Numbered from the stretch's first letter, positions 37,869-47,985 are shown. The stretch: 64,000 bases of DNA from Nitrospirota bacterium (GCA_963788195.1 CAWBGA010000013.1:402254-466253); one strand, 5' to 3'. A program made the numbers and translations. Notes: generated from the sequence alone by a model not told the origin.

Positions 37869-38111
37869 ATGTTCACGAAGAGCAAGTTGCGGGGCGTTGT
37901 CTCGTTGACGGAGCGGGAGCAGCAGGTGCTCAAGCACATCTGGGCCGGCCTTAACAACCGTGAGATTGGAGAGGAGTTGCAGATTAGCCAGAAGACTGTC
38001 GAGGCGCACCGCTCCAACATGATGAAGAAATTGCGGACGACCAACACCGCCCAGCTTCTAAAAAGTTGTATTGAGTTGGGTTTCCTGCGGCACCGGCTCC
38101 GGACTGCGTAG
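37869..38111 (+). CDS. Stand-alone LuxR/GerE HTH protein
   Basis: AGGAGG RBS and LTEREQQVL....GLNNREIGEELQISQKTVEAHRSNMMKKL. Confidence 0.92.
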   Translation: MFTKSKLRGVVSLTEREQQVLKHIWAGLNNREIGEELQISQKTVEAHRSNMMKKLRTTNTAQLLKSCIELGFLRHRLRTA

Positions 38112-38370
38112 GGTGACCTGATCATTGACCCCGCTCATCAAGGTAACGGGCGATGAAATACATCACGAAGGAGATTTGGTGTGGCTCGGCGTAGCATCTT
38201 ATCTTGGAGCGGCTACCATAGGCTACATCGTTTGGCCCTTCTCGGAAGGTAGTTGTCGCTATCTAAGTCTGGCTGCAGCTGCTTCGCATGGATAGTTCAT
38301 CGGCCCGCACCCTCTAAGGCACACACCTAGTGCATAGGAACCGCTGAAGCGACCCACAGTAATTCAAGCA

Positions 38371-38398
38371 AAGCCGCTGCAAGTGCTTGAGCCTATGG
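38371..38398 (+). repeat. 28-bp direct repeat, copy 1 (copy 2 at 41297-41324)
   Basis: AAGCCGCTGCAAGTGCTTGAGCCTATGG is identical at both positions. Confidence 0.9.
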
Positions 38399-38495
38399 AT
38401 ACCGAAGTGCTCCCAAGCCTGACTCCCGGCCGCCTGAGAATTGAAGCCGCGTTACTCGAAGACCGCAAAGACGATTACTAGAAAGGAGGGATTCG

Positions 38496-41189
38496 GTGAA
38501 ACAGTTGCTCGGTGCTCTGTTGTTCTTCTTCGTGGTCAGTCCCGCGTGGGCTGGCTCCATTTCAATCAACGGCAGTACGACGCCGCAGACCCTCGCTTCT
38601 GGGAGCTTGATGACTGTGGTGACGACGGATCTGGCTCTGTGTGGGGTGAATCCGGTCAGTGTGAAGTCAGGGAATTGGTCTGATCCCGCCACGTGGGACG
38701 GTTGTGTGCCCACCGCGAAGGATCATGCGACCATCGCCTCTGGCCATATCGTGACGATTGATGGTGCTGTGACCGTGACGGAAGTACTCGTGAACGGGCA
38801 ACTCTCCGCCAGTCGTACCCGAGACTCAACCCTTGACGTGGGATCGGTCGTCGTCTTTTCAGGCGGCGTGCTCGACTATGGGACGGTTACGAATCCGATT
38901 CCCGTGACGGTGGCCGCGTCGATTGCGCTGCGTGACATTCCGGATGCGACCTATACGCATTTGCATGGTCAACCGAAGTTACAACCCGTCCTCCATGCGC
39001 ATGGTGGACGGATTGAGATGCACGGGAGCGGTCCCATGGTGCCGTGGATGCCGCTCATGGGGAATGTCTCCGTGGGGAGTAAGACGCTCACTCTCGCTGA
39101 GGATCTGACAGGGTGGAAGGCAGGCGATACGATCCTTGTCACCGGCACCGTGAAGCGCGCGCAGCAGACGGAGGAGCGGATCGTTGCTGCTATCGATCCC
39201 AAGGCAAAGAAGATCACGCTTTCCTCGCCCTTGACCTATGCCCATGGGGGCATCATGCCAACGGCCTCCTGTCGCACCTGTCGTCAAGCGGTCGTGGCAA
39301 ACCTGACACGCAACGTCAGTGTGCGGAGTGCCACTCCCGCGACCCGTCGCGGCCATGTCCATTTTGCGACCAACGTGCTCGACAGTTCGACCGGCACGCA
39401 ACCCATAGTCCACATCGCTGATGTGGCCTTTCTGAGCCTGGGTCGACCTGAAGCAGGCGTCTATGGCGGTCCCCATCTGCACATGATGGGCGTCGCCAAA
39501 GATGCGTATGTCAAGCGCAACGTGATCCGTGACTCTGCCAACGTCTGGGTCCGCGTGCACAACACCCATTTTGCCACGATCAGTGACAACATCGGCTATG
39601 AGAGCGTCGGCAATGGCTTCTCCACAGAGGATGGGACGGAAGCCTACAACGTCTTCGATCATAACCTGGCCGTCCATGCCAGGAGAGCCGTCGTCAAAAC
39701 CAATCCCTTCGATCAGTTCGACACCGGGGACGGCGCGGGATTCTGGGCGAATACGCCGCGCAACATCTGGACGAGAAACCTAGCGGTAGAAAACATCTGG
39801 GGCTTTCAGATTCAACGCGGCGGCGAAGGCGACCCGACTCCGGTGATGAGCGTTGATGCGATGGGGACTCCTACTATGGTAGATGTCCGTACGGCAACTC
39901 TGTTGCGATTTGACGAGAACATCGCCACCGGGAGTGCTTCCTCAGGCTTTGAAATGGCGGGTGGTCGGAGTACAGAGGATTCCCTCATCAACCACTTCAC
40001 GGCCTTGGATAATACCGGATCGAGCGTGGCGGTCTTCAGCTTCAATACGGTGTTTGATCATCTGTACGCGCACAACGGCGGCGAAGGTGATCTCAAGCAG
40101 AACAACTTTCGCCTCCTCGACGTGTTCTTGTATCTCGGCCAGTTGAACATCACCATTCGCAATTCGTATGTCTCGGCGATGGAGATCGGCTATCAGAACG
40201 TGGGCTATGTGCTGTTGGAGAACGTGCAATTAGACCAGTTCGTGCGATCCGCATTCGGGGCGGCTGAAACCGTCATTAGCATTGCTGGGCCTACCGCGTC
40301 GAAACCGATTCCCTATGACGTGCTGTTTACCGTGAACGGCGTCGTGCAACCGGGGACCACGGCGACGCAACACGTTATTTTGTGGAATTACGACGGACCA
40401 GGACAGCATGTGATGTTGGGACAGGATCGGACGAGTGCGGTGGATGGGTTGACGTACAAGCGCACGACGCGCTTTACGCGAGGGTCGTATGAAGGCAATA
40501 TGAATTCCACCTGGCAAGAAGCACGATTCACAGGTCCATACGGACAAGGCCCTCCATTCACCTGGCCCCTGCTCATCGACGTGGGGAACCGCCCTCGTGG
40601 AGGATTAGGTCAACCGAATCCCACAGATCGTATCATCGACGGGCGACGGTGGCGCGTGGATGTGCCTTACATCCCTTCGCCTCCAGGCATGCGGCTCTCT
40701 CGCTATGGGTTCTCAGGGACGTTTCCCGTCTATACGCCGGTGGATATCGTGCACAATCCTACCGAGGACCCCACGAATGCGAACCTGAATGATGGGACGT
40801 TGATGGCGAGTAATCGGACGGCACGACAACTCAAGTACACGGTCGATGTCCCGAACGGTGAGTACTGGGTCGATCTGGGCTGGCAGGAAAGTGGTGGAGG
40901 ATCAGTCGGGAGCGCGGGTGAGCGTCTGATGGATGTCGTGGTCCAAGGCGTGCGACACCTCACGGACTTCGATGTGTTTCAGCTTGCAGGCGCGAACCGC
41001 CCGCTCTGGCGGTCCTTCCCTGCGACCGTGGCGAACGAGCGGCTCACGGTGGAGCTTGGAAAACCGAATACGGGATTCAACGCGATGCTCAGTGCGATGG
41101 CTGTCTGTCCCAAAGCGATGGTGTCGAATGGCCGGTGCACACCAGAGCCATCCCGTGATCTACCCCCAATCATTCCGGTGATTGAATAA
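38496..41189 (+). CDS. Large secreted G8-domain / right-handed beta-helix / malectin-like protein
   Basis: AAGGAGG RBS and signal peptide. SGNWSDPATW..VP (G8), VANLTRNV, HLHMMG, VHNTH...DNIGY...G.GF..EDG.E..NVF.HNL, and a C-terminal Y.V.VPNGEY.V.L...E....GER.MDV..QG...FDV. Confidence 0.8.
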   Translation: MKQLLGALLFFFVVSPAWAGSISINGSTTPQTLASGSLMTVVTTDLALCGVNPVSVKSGNWSDPATWDGCVPTAKDHATIASGHIVTIDGAVTVTEVLVNGQLSASRTRDSTLDVGSVVVFSGGVLDYGTVTNPIPVTVAASIALRDIPDATYTHLHGQPKLQPVLHAHGGRIEMHGSGPMVPWMPLMGNVSVGSKTLTLAEDLTGWKAGDTILVTGTVKRAQQTEERIVAAIDPKAKKITLSSPLTYAHGGIMPTASCRTCRQAVVANLTRNVSVRSATPATRRGHVHFATNVLDSSTGTQPIVHIADVAFLSLGRPEAGVYGGPHLHMMGVAKDAYVKRNVIRDSANVWVRVHNTHFATISDNIGYESVGNGFSTEDGTEAYNVFDHNLAVHARRAVVKTNPFDQFDTGDGAGFWANTPRNIWTRNLAVENIWGFQIQRGGEGDPTPVMSVDAMGTPTMVDVRTATLLRFDENIATGSASSGFEMAGGRSTEDSLINHFTALDNTGSSVAVFSFNTVFDHLYAHNGGEGDLKQNNFRLLDVFLYLGQLNITIRNSYVSAMEIGYQNVGYVLLENVQLDQFVRSAFGAAETVISIAGPTASKPIPYDVLFTVNGVVQPGTTATQHVILWNYDGPGQHVMLGQDRTSAVDGLTYKRTTRFTRGSYEGNMNSTWQEARFTGPYGQGPPFTWPLLIDVGNRPRGGLGQPNPTDRIIDGRRWRVDVPYIPSPPGMRLSRYGFSGTFPVYTPVDIVHNPTEDPTNANLNDGTLMASNRTARQLKYTVDVPNGEYWVDLGWQESGGGSVGSAGERLMDVVVQGVRHLTDFDVFQLAGANRPLWRSFPATVANERLTVELGKPNTGFNAMLSAMAVCPKAMVSNGRCTPEPSRDLPPIIPVIE

Positions 41190-41296
41190 CGAAAGAAGTG
41201 GCTCGGCTGATTTGCGGGCGGCCGCCGCGAAGTCAGACAGCTATAGGACACTAGCGCATACGAAAGCCGCCGAAGAAGCTGTCGCTAGTGCCACCG

Positions 41297-41330
41297 AAGC
41301 CGCTGCAAGTGCTTGAGCCTATGGTACAAT
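41297..41330 (+). promoter_or_regulatory. Probable tRNA promoter (extended -10 TGGTACAAT) overlapping direct-repeat copy 2
   Basis: TG-N-TACAAT ends 10 bp upstream of the tRNA. Confidence 0.55.
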
Positions 41331-41340
41331 CCGCGCCAAT

Positions 41341-41429
41341 GCCGGGGTGGCGGAATTGGCAGACGCCCGGGACTTAAAATCCCGTGGGGGGAAACTCCCG
41401 TGCGGGTTCGATCCCCGCCCCCGGCACCA
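41341..41429 (+). tRNA. tRNA-Leu (TAA), long variable arm, encoded CCA
   Basis: GCCGGGG/CCCCGGC acceptor stem, D-loop GGAATTGGCAGAC, anticodon loop CTTAAAA, T-loop GGTTCGATC. Confidence 0.97.
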
Positions 41430-41469
41430 AGCACTTACCGCCCTTCGTGGGTTGCCTGTGGCTGTCTGT

Positions 41470-41700
41470 TCGGACGCCTTAGAGTGGGCTAGTGTTAGAT
41501 AGGTGTTAGACTTCTCCGCTGCTACCCGCAGATCGGCTTCACGGAAGCTATTGTAGCGTGTAAAGCAGACCATCGTTTTGTGCCCGGTGATCTGCATGCT
41601 GGTGAGCGGGTCAACCCCAGCCCGGCGCATGTTCGTCACAGCGGTATGCCGGAAGTCGTGGAAGCGAAACCCGGTGATCTGTGCTCTCTTGCAGGACTGC
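41470..41700 (-). pseudogene. Tyrosine recombinase/integrase C-terminal remnant
   Basis: ITGFRFHDFRHTAVTNMRRAGVD...QITGHKT...FTRY contains HxxR, GH and the catalytic Tyr. The N-terminal part is absent. Limits approximate. Confidence 0.85.
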
Positions 41701-41844
41701 GCTTCAGGAGGCGCTCACGGACGCGCAACTCGTATTGTCCCTTCAACAGCGGAAACCGTTAGCAGAAGTGAGAAGCCTGAAGCCTCGCGCAAACCGGAAG
41801 GCTTCGAGGAAGCCGGAAGACTTGGTTGGTAGGTATGTTCGTTC

Positions 41845-41871
41845 TTGACAGCCCCCGCGTGTTCCTATAAT
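41845..41871 (+). promoter_or_regulatory. Sigma70-like promoter candidate TTGACA-N15-TATAAT
   Basis: Both hexamers are perfect, but the 15-bp spacer is short. Lies ~100 bp upstream of 41973. Confidence 0.45.
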
Positions 41872-41972
41872 AATTCGCTCCCGTACTGTTCCATGATTTG
41901 ATTCACGCACCCAGTGGTGTTGCCGTGAATATCTTGGCTTTTGTCTTGCCCCCTCTAAGGGAGGAAACCACC

Positions 41973-42440
41973 ATGAGAAGCAGGCTTCTACTTATATTAG
42001 TTGTTGGATGTGTTGGGATAATCCAAGCTTTTTATGCCAACGAGAGTTTATCAAAAGACTATTGGTGTTGTTGTCCCACCCCCACTAATGGTCAATGTCA
42101 ATGTGCTACAGGTGGGCAATATCCTTTTTATGAAGATTCCGGTTGTACTCAACTAATGACCGATGATAGTGATAACGTACCATTTATGAATACCAGTCAT
42201 TTGTATTTGCATTGTGTTGGAACAAATGCCAACCGACCACCAACGTACTATCCCGGGAATGTCAAAATGGATGTTTCTGGTACTTATCCAATGAGTATCG
42301 GCGTTGGTGAAAATGTAAACGCATCCCCGGGACAAGATGCTTTCACTCGTATGGACTGTATGAATAATCAGGAAATGTTTACTCTTACAGTTCATGTAGA
42401 ATGGTTTAATTGTTTTAATGGAACCGTGCCTCCACCCTGA
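41973..42440 (+). CDS. Secreted cysteine-rich hypothetical protein (AT-rich cargo)
   Basis: GGGAGG RBS, signal peptide and YWCCCPTPTNGQCQCA. Visibly AT-rich codon usage. Confidence 0.7.
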   Translation: MRSRLLLILVVGCVGIIQAFYANESLSKDYWCCCPTPTNGQCQCATGGQYPFYEDSGCTQLMTDDSDNVPFMNTSHLYLHCVGTNANRPPTYYPGNVKMDVSGTYPMSIGVGENVNASPGQDAFTRMDCMNNQEMFTLTVHVEWFNCFNGTVPPP

Positions 42441-44138
42441 CTAGGTAATACTACTGCCCCTGCGTGTCACCGGCACAGCCTGCCGACCGTTTGAGTCTCC
42501 TAGTTGGTCACGATTCTCTAGGCCCTGTTCCGCGCATCAATCTCTGTTCCACATCGACTCAAACATCTCTTGATACCGCTTCACCACTGCGGCGGTTCCG
42601 ATGAACAGCCCATTCTCCCAGCTACAGCAGCTCGCATTGTCCGTCCAATTGAAGCTGCCGGTCTGCACAACTCGGCCATCGTAGATCTCCACCTTGCATG
42701 ATGCCGTTGCCGTGGATGTCGCCTCCCGAGACGTGATTCAGGAGGAAAGGCCCAAATGCTTCCGGTCGCCATGAGACAAAACCCCTACACAGAGTAGTAC
42801 TCAACCCTAGTGTAGTATACCCATATTTTTTCTCACAGTCTAAGATCGCCCATCAAAATGGGAGAACGCGATTATGACGCTTAAGGTAAGCCTTGACGGT
42901 GGCAGTACGTGGTCCGGATGTACCACGGGTCTTATCGATTTCGAACAATACCCGGCGCTTCTACTGCGATTTGTTGACGGTGGCGAAGAAGAATTGCCGT
43001 CTTGGATCGCCCCATGCCTTCAGCGTCGGCTTGATGCTCGATCCATAATCGGGAACAACCCCGTTGAGCTGTAGTATCTTCTGACGTGATCCTCGGCATT
43101 TACCGCCCCCCGCCAGCCTGACCCGGCGGCTGGGAGAGGAGCATTGGCCATGACGAATCCAAACGAAGACCTTAAAGGGGCGCTCCATCGAGTAGTAAGT
43201 GCCATAGCCACCCTTGAAAGCACTGAAGGCGTCCTCTCTCGGCAAGCTTACTCTGAACTTGTCGCAGCTACTTGCCACGCCAAAAAGGTCCTCCGTGACC
43301 ATGGTCTCCCTCTGTTGTAATAAGAGATTAGGCCACCGCACTTGGCACCTCAGAAGTACAGGGCCGCAAACGTATAAGCTGCACAAACAGATTGCCAGGG
43401 GAATGGGAGTCCGTGGGTCGTTAGCGGATGCGCTTGAGGGTCATCGTCAACAGTCGGTGCCGCAGATTGATCGGTCTCACCATGATCCGTTTGTCCTGTC
43501 GCCAACGAAGGACCTGTTTGACAACTGCTCTGAGTCTGGCCGATGCACCGGGATTCATTGTGGATTGTTCATTCGCCATGGCAGGACTTTAAGGCATTGC
43601 CTGGCCTAGGGTAAAGTACTCATTAAGGTGTACACCTATGCTGAGGTAGGGCCAAGTAGAGCACTCTTTTCACGGCCCAGACTTGGGTGATGGTCTCCAT
43701 CAGCAAAGTTCCCAGGAAGACGGCCCGTAGGTACCGTCGGATAGCCAGTATTACCTCAAGTTAAATCACTCTTTTGCCCTACACCCGAGTTAGCGAACGA
43801 CAAAGCCGCCTGGGATGTCTGTAGTACCGTGGGCGAGCGCGGCATGGATCAAGCCATCCCCCCGGCTTTAACGTACGCTACAGCCTCTCTTGAGATCGAT
43901 CGTGACACCCTAAGACGGCTAATACTAACGCTAGGTGATTACACTCCTGGGTCATTTACCGCCTGCCGCCAAGGGCCTACAAACCCTGAATGGCGGTTTC
44001 TGGGATGAACACGACTCCTAGACAACCTCACCGCTACCGGACGGCTGTCTTTCCCTCGTCGGCCGTCTGCCAAGTGGGACCGGCTGATCTGTAAACTCAG
44101 CGACATCATTAACCGCTTTGAGAATTGGGGAAAGCGTG

Positions 44139-44564
44139 ATGCCGAAACATAATCCGTACTGCTGCGGGTATCACTGTACCAGTGAAACTGAAGAGGTCCG
44201 AGTGGTTCCCCACAGTGGAGGGGGCAATCTGATTCTTTGCAATGCGTGTTTCCGCTATGAATTGAAATGCCGACGCGATGAAATAGGGCGGGGACGACGG
44301 TTTGAGCTACCTGCATGGAGTGACTTGGAACTCTACGACCACTGCATGACTCTCCAACCCAGACATACAAAGTATCTGACACACACGGGCGGGGTGGGAG
44401 CTAAGCGGACACCATTAATCAAGGACAGAGAGGGTAACCCTATACGCGCGTTCCTATTTGATATGGTGGATTGGTTCGAGTGCCACGTCAAACCGAAGGA
44501 CTGGCCGGATAAGGTCCGAGAAGCAAAGAAGACCATGGAAGCCACTAAACACGAAGAGGGCTAG
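44139..44564 (+). CDS. Hypothetical Cys-containing protein, possibly phage-like
   Basis: NPYCCGYHC...GGGNLILCNACF...LPAWSDLELY, located inside the island. Confidence 0.5.
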   Translation: MPKHNPYCCGYHCTSETEEVRVVPHSGGGNLILCNACFRYELKCRRDEIGRGRRFELPAWSDLELYDHCMTLQPRHTKYLTHTGGVGAKRTPLIKDREGNPIRAFLFDMVDWFECHVKPKDWPDKVREAKKTMEATKHEEG

Positions 44565-45300
44565 TCAAGATCTACCAGACATCCTCAAGCGGGTCACCCA
44601 TCAGAGCGACGGCCCGTGCCAGTTACACGCCCTCCCCTGCGCCTTCTCCTCTCCCAGCAGGCCAACACACGCAGGTCCCATGTCAGTAGCGCCGTGGGTG
44701 ATCTCCGGGTTGTCACTTTTGTAGACCCCTTAACGCTATCGTCTACGTGGTACACGCAAGAGTCATTTACTGTATTCGGCTGTAGGTTTACATACTTTCT
44801 ATGCGGCCTCCGGGTAAAGACGACTCCCGGAGAATTCACCGCCACCGGACGGGCTGGCCTTCCGTAGGCTGGCCCTCCGCTAGGGCAGCTTGCGACGCCG
44901 CAGTCATTTTCAGAAATAATCCCCGCACCTTTATGCCTCAACCGGCTCCGCGACACGCTTCCCCCCGTCGCTCCTCTCCATAGCACGGGGCTACACAGGC
45001 ACCGGCCGAAACACGCCGGTCCCATGTCTGTAGCGGCGTGGGCACGCGGGGTATGGATCAAGCCTATCCCCGGTGGGGACAGGTGTGGGCATCCTGCGGG
45101 TCGGATGGTATCTCGAATCCGTCTCGGTCCGGGTCTCGAATCCTTCTCGGTCCACCCCCGGTGGTGATGAACACCCTGGAAGGCGTCGTCGAAACCCCTG
45201 GTGTTAGACCCCCGCGCACCCAGACCGAGTGAGCTTCCGGCGAGGATAGGCGAGGGTTTGCTACGTTTCCATAGGCATAGGTAATACTACCACCACCGAC

Positions 45301-46701
45301 TTAAAATCCCGTGGGGGGAAACTCCCGTGCGGGTTCGATCCCCGCCCCCGGCACCATATCTCTGACCTGAGCAAGGGCTCTTCCTTCTTCTTCCACCAAA
45401 AAACTCATTTCAGAAACGATCATGGGCCCTTGGGTTGGTCGTACGGTGATTTCCGTCCGATACAACCCCGGCGATGAGCGATTGTTCAATTCCAGGCGAA
45501 TGAGCACCGTGCCGATGGCAGATTCCTCCTTGGTCTCCCAGGACGGGAATGTCTGGGGGTCCATATGAATGATACGCTCAGTGGGGTCGACGAACGAGGC
45601 ATTAATTTGTGCCTTGGTTCGGGAAAAAGTTGCCATGATAATTACGACGAATATCGGTTGCCCCCGGTTAAAAATTCTCTCGGGTACAACGGGCTTGCCG
45701 CCACTGAAAAATAGCGGCACTTGCGTCTCCCGGAAAGTCGGGTCCTGAGTCATCATGAGTATTAACTCAACACGTCCCTTCGAACTTTCCCGCACGGCTT
45801 TGGGGCCGCCCATGGCAACTTGTCTGGCTAAGGTGCGCGTTACCACTTCATATTCGTGCTGATGCACATAGCGAGCCAGGATCTGGTGGACTCGCCGATG
45901 CTGGGCAGCATTACTTCCTAATGACCACAAGGCCGCCGCGGCAATCCCAGCCTGTAACCGTGCAGTGTTGGAATACTGCTGGAGGCTCTCCCTCAGGTTT
46001 GTCCGTCTTGTCGGGTCAGAAATACCGGCTGCCACAGCGGCAATGTCCTCAGCTTTGATACCAGAGTTTGCCGTCTCCACGTAACACTCCAGCACCTTCA
46101 AGACATACTTCTCATCGCCTGAGGCGTAAAACGCTCCCCAAAACATGTCCTGGTCGGCTCCAGTGGCCACACGGTAAGCGCCGAGTTCAGGAATTCGTGT
46201 CAAACGCTGTGACATGCTAGCGATACGATCTTGGGACCACCCCAAGGCCTGCATCGCAGAAACCGTCTCTCGTGGTAATCCGGCCAGCCATAGTGCATTG
46301 AGGAGGACGATCTCTGCTATTTCATCCCCAGGAGCTCGTGCTTTAAGCCACTCTGTTGTTTTTTCTGGGTGCTGCTCAAACACCGCCGCAAAGAAACCGA
46401 TGGCAAAGGACAGAGGGTCTTTCGTCGTGCGGTGCCAGACCCCGATGTTGCGAATGGCATCCGGGATGCGTGCAGGCTGAGGGTGGAGATAATAGGTAGT
46501 GAGCTCAGTGATTTGTTTGACTGAGTTGTGTTCCGACTCCTCTGGCGTTTCGAGGGGAAGTGCTAGTGCGAGGGGAACAGCCTGAAACAGCATCCCGCCG
46601 CCAAACGCGATAGCCAGAAGGACCACACCTATGGCGGCGCGAGATCTTGTGAGGATGTCTAGCATCATGCCCTTGAGAAGCATCAGGGGCCGCTCGATCA
46701 C
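45301..46701 (-). CDS. Exported hypothetical protein whose 3' end runs through attR
   Basis: Long ORF with a hydrophobic N-terminus and DMFWGAFYASGD...WSLGSNA.QH motifs. Stop codon is at 45301, inside the att repeat. Start uncertain. Confidence 0.7.
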   Translation of the reverse strand: MIERPLMLLKGMMLDILTRSRAAIGVVLLAIAFGGGMLFQAVPLALALPLETPEESEHNSVKQITELTTYYLHPQPARIPDAIRNIGVWHRTTKDPLSFAIGFFAAVFEQHPEKTTEWLKARAPGDEIAEIVLLNALWLAGLPRETVSAMQALGWSQDRIASMSQRLTRIPELGAYRVATGADQDMFWGAFYASGDEKYVLKVLECYVETANSGIKAEDIAAVAAGISDPTRRTNLRESLQQYSNTARLQAGIAAAALWSLGSNAAQHRRVHQILARYVHQHEYEVVTRTLARQVAMGGPKAVRESSKGRVELILMMTQDPTFRETQVPLFFSGGKPVVPERIFNRGQPIFVVIIMATFSRTKAQINASFVDPTERIIHMDPQTFPSWETKEESAIGTVLIRLELNNRSSPGLYRTEITVRPTQGPMIVSEMSFLVEEEGRALAQVRDMVPGAGIEPAREFPPTGF

Positions 46702-46894
46702 ACCCGGTCAAGGGATCATTCGTATTACAAAGGGAGCGGAATCGTCTTGGCGCCTCTTTCGCGGCGTTGACAACACTGCGAGGAAGGACACGAGCGACGA
46801 TTCCTTCTTGTGCTAGATTAAGAGCGGTGGCTGATCGATGAGGCGGGCGGGTTCCCCAATATGAGGCAGTGCGATTTCGCGTAAGCAAGGAGCC

Positions 46895-47515
46895 ATGAGG
46901 GATCGCCCTGTCAACCTGCTCATTGCTGCGCTGCTCTCTGTTGTCCTCGCCAGCTGCCTTGCTGCCACGAGTGAGGTCACTCCCGAAGGACAGGATCAAT
47001 CGCGTGTTGCCATTGCCGTTCCCCTTGACCGGCCTTTTGTCTTCTCCTCTCCTGACAAGTTCACTCAAGCAGGCTTCCTCCACGCTCAGGTTGTCTCCGT
47101 CCATGACGGAGGTACTCTCACTGTGCTGCTCGCCGGGCGACATGAGAAAGTTCGCTTGAACGGCATTGACGCCCCAGAACTGGATCAATCGCCCTGGGGA
47201 GTGAAAGCCCGCGATGTCCTCAAAGCTTTAGTTGGAGAAAAAACAGTCAGGTTAGAAACTGATGTGACCAAGCGCGATCAATACAAGCGCCTACTGGCCT
47301 ACGTTTATATCGGGGATCTGTTCGTAAATGCGGAGATGATTCGACAGGGACAGGCGGTGCTGTACACCGTGCCTCCCAACGTCGCTCATGTGGACGAGTA
47401 CCGGAAGGCACAGACAGAAGCGAAAGAGGCAGGGCGCGGGGTGTGGAATGCGGTGCAGCCTCTCGACAGTGAGCCGGAGTGTTATCGCAAGCAGAAAAAA
47501 ACGCGCGAGTGCTGA
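46895..47515 (+). CDS. Thermonuclease (staphylococcal nuclease homologue), lipoprotein
   Basis: KVRLNGIDAPEL.Q.PWG, RDQYKRLLAYVY, VNAEMIRQG.A, A....RGVW. The DGDT motif reads DGGT. Confidence 0.9.
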   Translation: MRDRPVNLLIAALLSVVLASCLAATSEVTPEGQDQSRVAIAVPLDRPFVFSSPDKFTQAGFLHAQVVSVHDGGTLTVLLAGRHEKVRLNGIDAPELDQSPWGVKARDVLKALVGEKTVRLETDVTKRDQYKRLLAYVYIGDLFVNAEMIRQGQAVLYTVPPNVAHVDEYRKAQTEAKEAGRGVWNAVQPLDSEPECYRKQKKTREC

Positions 47516-47577
47516 GAGGTCACCATCGCGGAGCCCGTAATAGAAGGCCAGCGGCTTTCAAATCTGTGGATTCGGAG

Positions 47578-47985
47578 TCAGTCGTTCGAGCGGTCGAGAT
47601 ATCGCCTGTAAAAGGTAGCTGCTTCGGGTCGGGTGAGCGTGCGACACCATTGCAAACGGCCATCAAGCACTTGAAAAACATAGCACCGGCCTTTGCACTC
47701 TTCGAGATGGATGCCAGCGCATTCCGCTCGAATCCGCTCGCCAATGGTCGGCTCGTCGACCTTCCAAACGTTGGGTCGTCGCCCACCGATCGAGATGCGA
47801 TCGTTGCTCGTTAGAATTTCTTCCACATCCTCAGCACAGGACATTTCCACGACGCCCACGATACAGTTACCGTTAAGATCATTCACGACTTTGGCATGCA
47901 GAACGGGACCGACCCGCTCAAAGACCTGGCGGAGGTCTTTATTAGTCGTATTTGGGGGGAGAGAAGTCACGTGCAGCTTATTCAT
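47578..47985 (-). CDS. RRM (RNA recognition motif) protein
   Basis: KLHVTSLP..TT..DLRQVF...G.V..AKVV.D. RNP1 is degenerate. Confidence 0.7.
   Translation of the reverse strand: MNKLHVTSLPPNTTNKDLRQVFERVGPVLHAKVVNDLNGNCIVGVVEMSCAEDVEEILTSNDRISIGGRRPNVWKVDEPTIGERIRAECAGIHLEECKGRCYVFQVLDGRLQWCRTLTRPEAATFYRRYLDRSND

Larger units (their letters stand above)
41371..45356. mobile_element. Decayed integrative element at tRNA-Leu (attL 41371-41429, attR 45298-45356)
   Basis: Exact 59-bp duplication of the tRNA 3' end, an adjacent tyrosine-integrase fragment, AT-richer cargo and low coding density. Confidence 0.88.

Noticed and set aside
41319..41639. 106-aa ORF as an intact gene
   Set aside because: It is the integrase remnant reading through the antisense of tRNA-Leu, and it begins after the HxxR motif.
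42500..43700. Short ORFs in the middle of the island
   Set aside because: They overlap and conflict with one another, with no recognisable motifs. Treated as decayed sequence.
45298..45356. Second tRNA-Leu gene
   Set aside because: Only the 3' 59 nt are present, with no D-arm or 5' acceptor strand. It is attR.
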